Below, one piece after another: positions 42,135-51,650 of a DNA stretch of 64,000 nucleotides (position 1 is its first letter; each line of letters starts with the position of its first letter). Origin of the DNA: an uncultured delta proteobacterium (GTDB lineage Bacteria > Desulfobacterota > Binatia > UBA9968); assembly GCA_963745835.1 (NCBI GenBank), contig CAVUZH010000019.1, positions 224,001 through 288,000 of the forward strand. The letters are read 5' to 3'. The translations under genes and the position numbers were made by a program. The notes beneath the pieces are model-generated. The model was not told the origin of the DNA. It was given only the letters and a program-made list of their open reading frames with translations, and made no database searches.

Positions 42135-43789
42135 GTGCGAAATCGTTGAAGGTAACGTCTCACGTCGGCAGGGATCTTTTAGCGTCAGCCGCGAGCTTCA
42201 AACAGAAGCCGCCGTCGTATGGGAATACGTTGTGAATAGCTTGCAGTATGTAGACGCTGGAGTTTCTCCTAAGGTGCAGGTTCTTGTTAATCCGAGACTC
42301 AAAGTTGTTGAGGTCCGGGATAATGGGCGCGGCATGAATAGCGACGGACTACGTCAATACTTTACGATGCATGGAGAGAACATTGATCGATTGCGCGGTC
42401 GACCTGGTCGCGGCAAATTTGGTACGGGAAAATCGGCGGGTTTCGGGATAGGAAAATTGTTGCGGATCGATACGCGGCGGAACGGGCTGCGAAACGTCGT
42501 CGAGCTTCATCGTGATGCGATTGAAGCTTCGAAAGGTGCCGACATTGATCTAAGCTGGGTAATACGCGACGAGCCAACCGAGTTTGCAAATGGAACAACC
42601 GTCACGATACAGGAAATTTTCTTACCAAAGCTAAGCATCACACCGATCAATTGAATATATTGAGCGCCATTTGCAAGTGTTTAGGGCATCTATGCCGCAA
42701 GTGGCCTAACGACCACGTGTGTGAATATCGTGAACCAACGGTCGCGGAAAAATTTACATTTGTCCCATCCCCGAAGCAAGCCGAGGTGCTTAGCGAAGTT
42801 GAACTAGTTGTGAAAGTTTCCACTATTCCCCTTCCGGCAGCCGAACAGGGCATCGCTGTCAGTGCTGGATCTGGAAATCTGATAGCAATCGAAACTGGGG
42901 GCATTGAGAACAAGGAATTGGGAAATTATCTCTTTGGAGAAATCGATGTGCCTGCACTCGAAAAACATAGATCGCCCATTGAGCCGTACGACACAACGCG
43001 GTCTCTCCAATTGAATCCTCAACATCCACTCGTTCGTGTCCTAATCCCGTTCATTGGTTCAAAGCTAGAAGAGGTACGTCGTATCCTGCTCGAAAGGCTC
43101 AATGCGTCACGGAAGACAGAAGAAGCGCGGCGCTTGGCTCTGACGGCGGACAAAATCGCGAATATACTAAACCAAGATTTCAAAAACGTAATTGGCCGGT
43201 TGCAGGACATTCGCGCGGCGTCTGCTCGGCCGGGAGATGTCAGGCCGAACCAAATAAATTCTGGAAGAGCAGACAACGCAGAGTTAGGGTGGATTGAAGG
43301 AACGACGGTCCCTGGAGGCTTGCATCAAAGCAAGGGGGTACGTGGCAAAATAAAACCGCCCCTTCCACCACGACCCGACATTCCAAAGCCTCGGCCTGCG
43401 ATTCTCAAGCACGGTACTCCGAGTGACGACGGCACTTCGTCTTTAGATAAAACGGATCAGAGTAGAAAAGCTCGCAAATCGCGCGGCGGTTTCAACGTTG
43501 ACTATCGGCATTTGGGACCGGAAAGCGACCATCCAAATACGATCGTATAAACTTGTCGATTCTTATTAATCTGGATCACTCCGTGATTCGTAACGCTCTG
43601 CGCACGGGAGGGGTTGAGGACTTAAATTTCAGACGTCTTTCCTACGAAATTGCGTTCACCGAATACTCAATTGCGCTAGGCTACGAGATGATGGAGCAGG
43701 ATCCTGACGTTCCAGCAGACGACTTGCTGTTCGAGGTCCGAACTACTCTCAACAGAGTTTCTGCTAGTGCCGCAGCCCTTTATGCCTAA
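42131..43789 (+). CDS. MORC/MutL-like GHKL ATPase (HATPase_c_3), ~550 aa reconstructed; frameshifted
   Basis: AGGAGG RBS; EYVVNS (N box), RDNGRGM (G1), GKFGTGKSAGF (G2), NGTTV; joins ORFs 42232, 42651 and 43553. Confidence 0.8.
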
Positions 43790-43960
43790 ATGAGAAATAG
43801 AGGACCTGCGACGGCGCAACGGTCTCCGATTGCGGTCACCTTGAGCATCAAAATCTTGGTTTTGGACGTAGTAGGCACACCTCAAGCGCGGTAGATACTC
43901 GAAACCTCACAGTAACACCCATCGTCTATAGGTTTCACGAACTGCCTGTGATGACACCAG

Positions 43961-44589
43961 TTACAGCGGTCTGATCTGCACTCTGCGCCATTTGATCGCG
44001 CCGCCGGGGCTCCTTTTTCGCGGTTGCCAAATTGAAGCGAAATCGGACCTTCCGCGAATTGGGCATGCTGAACGTCGACAGTTTTCGTTCCATTGAGCAC
44101 GATCGTCAGATGCGAGCCTTTGGCAGTGATCTCCAGAGTATTCCATTTGCCGCCCGCCTTTGGCATAGGCGATACCTTGGCGACATTGACGATGGCGCCG
44201 GTGCCGTACTCCGGCTCCGGGCGCTGATCGTAGATATTCGCCTCGTACGCTGTCTTGGAGCCGATTTGCTTTGGATCGGAAATTCGAAAAAAGATGCCGC
44301 TGTTGGTAGTGTGATCGGCCCAGACCTCAGCGCGAATTTGGAAGTCTTTGTAGGAGTTTTTCGAAACCAGATTACCACCTTTTCCTTTGTCGGCCACGAT
44401 CGCGCCGTCTTCAGCACGCCAATTGGCGTCGCCAATCCGGTTCCAGTTGTCCAGGGTCTTTGGGTTCGAGCCGTCAAGAAGCGTAATCCAACCTGTGTCT
44501 CCCCAATTGAACATCTCCCATGAGCACCCCATAACCGTGAGTCCCGTCACGAGCAGTAGCTCCAGAGTAATCGCGCGCATACTTTTCAT
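43961..44589 (-). CDS. DUF1080 (3-keto-disaccharide hydrolase-like) lipoprotein; one 3' frameshift
   Basis: VMGC lipobox; NSGIFFR, YEANIYD, WNTLEI; terminal IKWRRVQIRPL in the adjacent frame. Confidence 0.85.
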
Positions 44590-44660
44590 TGCTATCGGCT
44601 CCTTTCGTATTGATTGAAGATTGTTATCCGACTCAGTGGCAAGTCCTTCGCAAAAGATTT

Positions 44661-45647
44661 TCACCGCTCCAGCTTGAATAGTGTTCTCACGAAATCTTTG
44701 ACGGCAATCCGCGCTGCGCCCGCCGCTGCCTCGTTGTAGCCGGTGTGCGGGTCGGTTTGAATGCACGGGTCCTTCCAGGAGAAGCGCTCGCCGGATTCGG
44801 CGTGGACTATCGTGCCGAGCGGTTCTTCCTTGAGCTTGCACGCGCGGAAGCTTTGCGAGCCCTTCGAGATCGTCGGAACCTTATTGCCAAGCGGATTATC
44901 AAAGCTGTGATGCGCGTCCGGATACTCGGTCAGCACGGCATCGCGCCCGGCAGCACGCAATCGTTCAAAATAAGCCCGGCACGGCGCCACGGGCGTGTAG
45001 TCGTCGGCCGCGCCGTGAAACTGTCGTATGGGCGCGGCGCCCAGGTCGGTGTCGCCAATATACGTAGCAGAGCAGCCGGCATAAAAGGGAATGTGGGCGA
45101 TGAAAGCAACCCGCGGGTTCCACATCTGCTGAAATCTTTTCATGCTCGAATAGAGTGCCGAGATGCCGCCCAATGAGAACCCCATGATTGCAATCCGCGT
45201 TGGATCGATTCGCGAATGATTCGCCAGCACGTTGAAGGCGCGATAGGCGTCGAGAATGACGCTATACGAGTTGAACTGCCCAAGATTCGTCGAGGTACGA
45301 ACCAGGCCGCGCCCGGAGAAGCTGTCCACCAAAAATGTCGCGATCCCCATCTCGTTGAAAGTCTTTGCCCAGAGTTCGTCGTGTGCATTGGAGCCGGACG
45401 AGTCATGTTGCAGGATGACTGCCGGCAACCGGCCGCTCGCCGCTTGTGGAAAGCGCAGATGGCCCGCGATGGTCACCGGTTTGCCATCTTGGTCGCCGGT
45501 CAAGAACTGCCGCACTGAAACGATGAGCGTCTGAATGGGGTGTACTTCAGTCCGTGCCGCCAGATCTCTCACGCTCGGGTCGGCAACAGCCGCTTGAACC
45601 CACAGAAGGCTAAGAACCAGACAAGCTGCTCGCACTGCGTGTCTCAT
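44661..45647 (-). CDS. Secreted dienelactone hydrolase-like alpha/beta hydrolase
   Basis: GFSLGG, HGAADDY, YPDAHHSFD. Confidence 0.88.
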   Translation of the reverse strand: MRHAVRAACLVLSLLWVQAAVADPSVRDLAARTEVHPIQTLIVSVRQFLTGDQDGKPVTIAGHLRFPQAASGRLPAVILQHDSSGSNAHDELWAKTFNEMGIATFLVDSFSGRGLVRTSTNLGQFNSYSVILDAYRAFNVLANHSRIDPTRIAIMGFSLGGISALYSSMKRFQQMWNPRVAFIAHIPFYAGCSATYIGDTDLGAAPIRQFHGAADDYTPVAPCRAYFERLRAAGRDAVLTEYPDAHHSFDNPLGNKVPTISKGSQSFRACKLKEEPLGTIVHAESGERFSWKDPCIQTDPHTGYNEAAAGAARIAVKDFVRTLFKLER

Positions 45648-45814
45648 GGGCCTCCGATCACGCCAGCAAATGATCTGACGCATGGCGGAGAGTAGCCATT
45701 AAGGAAATCTCATGTCAACTGACTTTTCAAACGCGCCGATCGCGCGCGAGCGGTCCGGCGATCAAGCGGATGAGCATTCGGGAGAGCGACCAGAACCCAA
45801 ATTGATTCGAGCGT

Positions 45815-45912
45815 GGACAGTTTAATAATGAAAGCAGCGCTACCCTCGTGTTGGATGCACTTTGAGGCCGCCGCCGAGCGGCGGAGGTTCGGTTGTAGAG
45901 ATCGCGCCGGTC
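45815..45912 (-). pseudogene. Decayed duplicate of the 3' end of the MBL-GHKL gene (49503-49620)
   Basis: ctaccctcgtgttggatgca shared; KCIQHEGSAAFIIKL vs ECIQHEGSPDFIIRL. Confidence 0.7.
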
Positions 45913-45984
45913 CTTGCCGAAGGCTCTTCAAATCCCCGATTAGATTGCGGCGCAAGTTGCTTGGAGTCGGCGTACCCGGACGTC

Positions 45985-47694
45985 TCAATGTTCGAGATGA
46001 AACTGAACACGACAGCGGCTGTCGATGCGGTCGGACTTGACCCGATCAACGTAGTTCTTTATCAGAAAACCCGCCAGCTTCGCGACCGCACGCTCGTCCT
46101 CCAATAGGTCCTCGGCCGTAGGCCGCTGTCTGGGAAATTCCATAGGCTCGCCATCGTAGCGCATATCGATGTCGAGATTGAACTCATCAAAGCTGACTTC
46201 AGCGTCGATCTTGCCGGTGCTTAGCTCCAACGCCCTTGCGGCTTCGATAAATTCGTTCATCGCGGACTTGGCGCGATCGATGACTTCCCTTCTCGCACCC
46301 CAGACTCCTCCCTGCTTCTCCATGAATAAAAATATTTGCTCTGAAGAGTCCGCATGTGGATCGATTTTCAGCTGCGCGCGCTGCCCGATGCCGATACGAA
46401 ACAAGAGATTCAAGAGCAATGCCGACAAGGTGGCCACCGAAAGCGAGGAGCCAAAAACAGGTAAAAACATGGTGTGAACGGTTTGGTAGACCCCAGGCAA
46501 CATGTCGACGCTCAGGCCCAGAATAATCGAAACTCCCACCACGAATGTCTTGCGAGCATCCATCATACGCGAGGTAAGAATCTGAACTCCGGCAACAATC
46601 ATGAAGCTAGCCGCGAAAAACAGAAGAGCCCCGACCACCGGACTCGGCATGATCGCAAACAATACCGTCAGCTTAGGCACGAAGGCCAAGACAATAAGAA
46701 TTCCGCCGCAAGCAAAACCAATCAGGCGGCTCGTCGCACCGGTCGCGATGGACAGACCGACGTTGGCACTGGAGGTCGACTGTCCCATGGTGCCTACTCC
46801 TCCAGACAAGATCACACCACAAGCATCCGCAAGGAGGCCGCCACTGATAGACTGCATATCCGGCCTCTTCCACTCGGCGTCGTTCACTTTCTGACATGTC
46901 GTCAAATCACCCACGGCCTTAAGTGATGACGCCAACGCCGTTACCAGAAAGGGGATCAGCAACGCGCCGCTAAAGGACCAGCTCTCTCCGGGAAAAGACG
47001 GCAGAGCGAGAAGAGAGGCTTGCTCTAAACGACGTAGGTGTTCATCGGTCACTAGACCACTCGCATAAGCGCAGATCGAGCCAGCAGCGATCCCGATCAA
47101 AACACCATACAACCGAAGCCTCGAGGAGCCCCAGACGGTCACGCCAACCATGACGGCGAAAGTAATGGAAGCGATACTCACCGAGAGCGGATCAATGACC
47201 GCGCGTGAATCCTCGATTCCTAAAAACCTAGAGACCGCTACCGGAATAAGCGCGAGACCAACCATCATCACGATTGTGCCGGTGACTTCGGCCGGGAAAA
47301 AGGGACGGAGACGGCCCATGAGACGAGAGAGCACTACACCGAAAAGACCGCTCACCAGAGTCATTCCCGCCAGCAGCGGCAGGCCGCCCGTCTTGACCGC
47401 CAGAATAGAGGCCGGGATATACAGGGGGTGCACCTGCTGAAGACAGAAAAATCCAGATCCTATAGGGCCATGACGTAGCGTTTGCAGGATGGTCGCAATC
47501 CCCATGACGATCATCGAGGCGTGGATCATCCGTTCCGCCTGCGCGGCAAGGATGCCGGTCTCCTGCAGGAGGATCACCGGGTAAACGAAGGCACTGGACA
47601 AGGCGAGGATATGCTGCAGCCCGAGCAAAAGTGAGGTTGTTAGGGGGGGAATTTCCTCAAGTCCATAAATCAAATTGGCGGGCTTCTTTGCCAC
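45985..47694 (-). CDS. NCS2 (xanthine/uracil permease)-family transporter with a C-terminal degenerate RsbW/HATPase_c_2-like domain
   Basis: LLGLQHIL (TM1 QH), SANVGLSIATG signature, many TMs; ~130-aa soluble tail aligns by eye with the kinase domain of 54098-56431. Confidence 0.85.
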   Translation of the reverse strand: MAKKPANLIYGLEEIPPLTTSLLLGLQHILALSSAFVYPVILLQETGILAAQAERMIHASMIVMGIATILQTLRHGPIGSGFFCLQQVHPLYIPASILAVKTGGLPLLAGMTLVSGLFGVVLSRLMGRLRPFFPAEVTGTIVMMVGLALIPVAVSRFLGIEDSRAVIDPLSVSIASITFAVMVGVTVWGSSRLRLYGVLIGIAAGSICAYASGLVTDEHLRRLEQASLLALPSFPGESWSFSGALLIPFLVTALASSLKAVGDLTTCQKVNDAEWKRPDMQSISGGLLADACGVILSGGVGTMGQSTSSANVGLSIATGATSRLIGFACGGILIVLAFVPKLTVLFAIMPSPVVGALLFFAASFMIVAGVQILTSRMMDARKTFVVGVSIILGLSVDMLPGVYQTVHTMFLPVFGSSLSVATLSALLLNLLFRIGIGQRAQLKIDPHADSSEQIFLFMEKQGGVWGARREVIDRAKSAMNEFIEAARALELSTGKIDAEVSFDEFNLDIDMRYDGEPMEFPRQRPTAEDLLEDERAVAKLAGFLIKNYVDRVKSDRIDSRCRVQFHLEH

Positions 47695-47893
47695 TATCCA
47701 AGCTCTTGGATTGCGCAGCGGCTATAGCGTGACGCGATGAAATATCCACCGTTAAGGATTTTCAGGTACGGGGTCCCTTTGCGCGTGCTCATGCCTTTTT
47801 GTTTCGAGTACAAACGCGCCCTATATTTCAGCGCGTAATCAGAGACAAAAAGAGGCACAAGAACGAAACGGCGCACGATTGCAGATGATGCGA

Positions 47894-48250
47894 TCACTGC
47901 GATGGTGCCAGAGTAGATAGGCCTTCGATTGCCTCGTCGCGCGAGCCGTAAATGAAAATGATGGACGAGAAGCCGGATAAGTCGAACACCTGCCGAATCT
48001 GATCTTGCAGCCCGCACAAGGTAATCTTTCCGTTTGTCGCCTGCAGTCGCTTGGCGGCAAGCAGAAAGACCCGCAGGCCCGAGCTGCTGACGTAATCCAG
48101 CTGAGCAAGGTCGACAACGAGTCTCTGGGCGGCGCCCGAGTCGATCACAGTGAAAATTCTATTCTCGAAGGCTTTTGCTGTCGTGGCATCGAGTTTCCCT
48201 GACAATGCCAATATGACCGCGTCGGCTTTTCTATCTTCACTAATGTCCAT
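47894..48250 (-). CDS. STAS anti-sigma-factor antagonist (RsbV/SpoIIAA-like)
   Basis: GKLD, LVVDLAQLDYVSSSGLR. Confidence 0.92.
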   Translation of the reverse strand: MDISEDRKADAVILALSGKLDATTAKAFENRIFTVIDSGAAQRLVVDLAQLDYVSSSGLRVFLLAAKRLQATNGKITLCGLQDQIRQVFDLSGFSSIIFIYGSRDEAIEGLSTLAPSQ

Positions 48251-48488
48251 GATCTAAGATTGCTGCGTCTTCTGCTTAATGTCCTACACGACCATGTCTC
48301 CAACCTGAGTGCAAGAGTGCGCGGTGTCGTCAACGAGCCGTGCTGGAAACGCTTTTCCACCCCGGCCGTCGACGGCGTATTGCAGGGGCTTAACGAAAAT
48401 GGGCGATGACGGCTGGACTGATCGGCAGCATCGTCGTCAGCTTAGACGGCGGGAAATAGGGAAACTTCGTATCACCGCATCGAGTCGC

Positions 48489-49280
48489 TTACTGGGCTGG
48501 AGCACTCTGTCTAGGATTATATGCCGGGCTCGTTTGGCTTGGATCTCGTTGCACGAGAGACTGGCGTGGATCTTGACGTGGTGAGTTCTCGGCCGACTTT
48601 GGAGTTGTCGGAGACTGGATATAAGGTTCTGCCTGAAAACTTGCTTCGCGCTCGCCTCCGGTCGTGAACCACCAAATTCCCGCAACGATCAGTGCCACCG
48701 CCACAACCGCCGCGGCAATGAAGCTCATGTTAGGACGCGAGCTCGCGCCAATAACTGACGTCGAACTTTGGTTTCGCTGCTCGGGTCTGATCGGTGGCAC
48801 CGCCGCTCTTTGTGGATTGAATATTTTTTCGATGGCCTCGATCAATCGATCTACGTCTGAATGAAATCTCGAGTCGCTTATCTCGATCGCGTTCCTGCGC
48901 GCGAAAGGCTGCAGAGGCTCCGGCAACGACTTCGCCGAGGGCATCTCGGCGTCCGCGAGAAGAACCGGGATGATAACGGTCTTTAGCTCGAGCCCGGCAA
49001 GAATCTCCAAGCGTACAAAATCTTCCGGATTGTCGAGTCGAGGGACGCCGCTTTTGTCGGTCATCTTGATCCACTCTCGTCCGATGAGGACGAGGAGAAC
49101 GCCCGCTTCCGCCACGCTATGATTGATGGCATCGACGAAATCTTGTCCCGGCTCGATTCTGTCGATGTCCATAAAAACATTATGCTCGCCGTATTTCGCC
49201 GCCAGGCGATCATAGATGCGCCCCGCGTAGGCTGCCGTATCTTGGCGTCGGTAGCTTATAAAGATTGATTGCTTAGACAT
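48489..49280 (-). CDS. TIR_2 domain protein with one TM helix and a short low-complexity tail
   Basis: IFISYRRQD, VFMD, DFVRLEI (catalytic-Glu position), IIPVL; TM FIAAAVVAVALIVAGIWWF. Confidence 0.88.
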   Translation of the reverse strand: MSKQSIFISYRRQDTAAYAGRIYDRLAAKYGEHNVFMDIDRIEPGQDFVDAINHSVAEAGVLLVLIGREWIKMTDKSGVPRLDNPEDFVRLEILAGLELKTVIIPVLLADAEMPSAKSLPEPLQPFARRNAIEISDSRFHSDVDRLIEAIEKIFNPQRAAVPPIRPEQRNQSSTSVIGASSRPNMSFIAAAVVAVALIVAGIWWFTTGGEREASFQAEPYIQSPTTPKSAENSPRQDPRQSLVQRDPSQTSPAYNPRQSAPAQ

Positions 49281-49502
49281 GATCAGCCGTATTCCGATTA
49301 TCTTTGGCGAAGGATGTCAACCAAATTTTGCTCATTCGGGTGCGCAGGCCAGCTCTTTCTGACGCGCAAAGAGCAGGAGGAATCGAGCGGTGAGTCGTGC
49401 ACGCACAATTCTCTTTGCGAAGCGAGCGTGCGATCACGCAATCCTGTTAGCGCTAACTCATTTGCCGCGGAGTTCTGGCGTTTTTCTTAGAACCGCTCCG
49501 CT

Positions 49503-51230
49503 TCACATTGTTTTGAGCGCCGGCAGTCTGATGATGAAATCAGGACTACCCTCGTGTTGGATGCATTCGAAGCTGCCGCCGAGCCATCCGAGGGTTCTGT
49601 TGTAAAGATCGAGCCGGCGCTTGCCGAACACAGCCGAATCCATCCGTTCGTGGCTTGATAGTCGAATCTCCACCTGGCCCAATGCCACCTGAGTGGCAAT
49701 GCTGATGTGCTTGACGCCCATTCCGGCCATTCCTTCCATCACGTTGGTCAATATATCGCCGAGCCGCTCCGCCCCGATGTTTGCTTTGGTCTCCTGCGCC
49801 GCCGGCGCAAATTCAAACTGGACATCCCGCAGAGGCGAGTACGCCGCCAGCCGGCGCGTGAGAGCCTGCAGAAAAGATTCATCGTCCACCGCTTCCATCA
49901 GATCAGCGGATTCCATCAACGTGGTTTCCTTGGTCTGCTTCAGTAGCTCCGTTATGATCTCGTTTACGGCTCCCGGTTGCTCCGTCTGGAAAAATTGCAA
50001 GCCGCGCACGAGATTCAAGAAATCTTCTAGCCGCCGCTGGGCCCGATCAACCAGAGAGAGATCGAGGATTTGGCGAACGTTTTCCGCGGCCAGAACTTTT
50101 TGCAATGATCTGGCGACTTGAACGCCTTTGAGCACTACGGTCCATTCGGGCACCGGGCTGCCGTTGAACGCTTCCGCGACACGGCGAAAGTCCGAGAGGA
50201 TGCGGTCGATCTGATCGATATCCAAGCTCTCCAGAATCCGGCTGGCCGCGCCGTCCTCCTCCTCGAGCATGGATAGGCAGTAAGACACCGTGTACAGGCG
50301 CCCGGAGAAGATCGTAAGCAGCGCCGCAGTTTCTTCCAGCAGTTCATCCGCGTAAATTTTAAGAGCGCTAATGCGTCCGGCATCCATGAGCGGTACGTCG
50401 GTCAGATTGGAAGCTTCGGTCTCCATCAACCGGAGCTTCTCGCGCATGCTTTGCGCCGAAACGCAGTAACCGTGCCCGGGGCAACACGCGGTGATCTCGG
50501 GTATTTCCAGGAGCCGATCGACGTTGCGCAGTGTTTGCAGAAGATCTGCGTGGTTCCAGCCGTCGAGGCCGCACACTCCAGGGTTGGCGGCGAACGGCAA
50601 ATCGCCAATCATCAACAACGATCCGATTCTTAACGATATGCTGCACGCCGAATGTCCGGGCGTGTGATAAATCTCAAGCCGATTTCCAGCGCCGACAGAA
50701 AGCCATTGGCGTTGCAGCGTTGCGCCATCGGGCAGCGCCATCGGCTCGGTGTAAAGCTCCAATCGTCGGCCGCCGGACAATTCCAGCGCGGCCGGTTCAG
50801 ACGCCGGGCTGGAAGCGAATAGGATTCCGTCGAATCGCGCCGTGCATATTTCAGGGTTCCATGGATAGAGATAAGCGGTAGTCAGGTTGCGGTCGCGGTG
50901 TTTGAGAGCCTCAACTCCCGACTTGTGCGCGAACCGCTTGACTTCCGTACCGGTGGGAAGTTCAAGACCCGCCTCCTGTGAGTGGTCTTGATGGCAATGG
51001 GTAAGAAATAGGAGGACCGGGCGCTGTGACACTGTCAGTGCGTCGGTTAGAATTCGGCTTATCTGCCGCGTCTGCTCGGCGCTGGCGCCGGGATCGACGA
51101 CCACCAGCGCCTCGGGAGCGGAAAAAATGTAGCAATTCGATGAAACGCAGTTGGCCTTAGGTATGATCGGAAAGATGTCGACGGACGAAGTGCCAGAAAC
51201 TTTCTGCCAAACGTTGGCTTCTATCTTCAT
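49503..51230 (-). CDS. MBL-fold metallohydrolase fused to a helical domain and a degenerate GHKL/HATPase-like C-terminus
   Basis: THCHQDH, HTPGH, GD, PGHG; tail ERLGDILTNV..LGGSF..FIIRLP. Confidence 0.8.
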   Translation of the reverse strand: MKIEANVWQKVSGTSSVDIFPIIPKANCVSSNCYIFSAPEALVVVDPGASAEQTRQISRILTDALTVSQRPVLLFLTHCHQDHSQEAGLELPTGTEVKRFAHKSGVEALKHRDRNLTTAYLYPWNPEICTARFDGILFASSPASEPAALELSGGRRLELYTEPMALPDGATLQRQWLSVGAGNRLEIYHTPGHSACSISLRIGSLLMIGDLPFAANPGVCGLDGWNHADLLQTLRNVDRLLEIPEITACCPGHGYCVSAQSMREKLRLMETEASNLTDVPLMDAGRISALKIYADELLEETAALLTIFSGRLYTVSYCLSMLEEEDGAASRILESLDIDQIDRILSDFRRVAEAFNGSPVPEWTVVLKGVQVARSLQKVLAAENVRQILDLSLVDRAQRRLEDFLNLVRGLQFFQTEQPGAVNEIITELLKQTKETTLMESADLMEAVDDESFLQALTRRLAAYSPLRDVQFEFAPAAQETKANIGAERLGDILTNVMEGMAGMGVKHISIATQVALGQVEIRLSSHERMDSAVFGKRRLDLYNRTLGWLGGSFECIQHEGSPDFIIRLPALKTM

Positions 51231-51272
51231 ACTGTCTCGCGCGCGCCGCAGTCCATGGCCGCGCCTATGGCA

Positions 51273-51587
51273 TCAAGGGCTGACGTCAATGAATGTCGCA
51301 AAGCCGGTGAGATTCAATACGTTCTTAATGGGCAGCGGGACGTTGATAAGTTTCAGGCGTTCGCTGCGTTTTTGCAGCGCCTTTGCCGCCATCAGCAAAG
51401 CGCGCAAGCCGGCGCTGCTCAAATACGAAACCTTCGCCAGATCGAGCTCCACGCCTCCGGCGGAAGTCTCAGTCGCGCGCAACAAGGCCTGTTGCAGCTC
51501 CGGAGCCGTATTACTATCCACGGCGCCGACGACGGAAAGAACAGTCGTCGATTGCGACTGCTGCTCAGTGATTTCCAGTTCCTTCAT
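51273..51587 (-). CDS. STAS anti-sigma-factor antagonist
   Basis: GAVD, LDLAKVSYLSSAGLR. Confidence 0.92.
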   Translation of the reverse strand: MKELEITEQQSQSTTVLSVVGAVDSNTAPELQQALLRATETSAGGVELDLAKVSYLSSAGLRALLMAAKALQKRSERLKLINVPLPIKNVLNLTGFATFIDVSP

Positions 51588-51650
51588 TTCGCGACCCCTT
51601 TTGATTATGGAACTTGGCTTCTTGAAAAATAGATTTGCGAAATTTAACTG

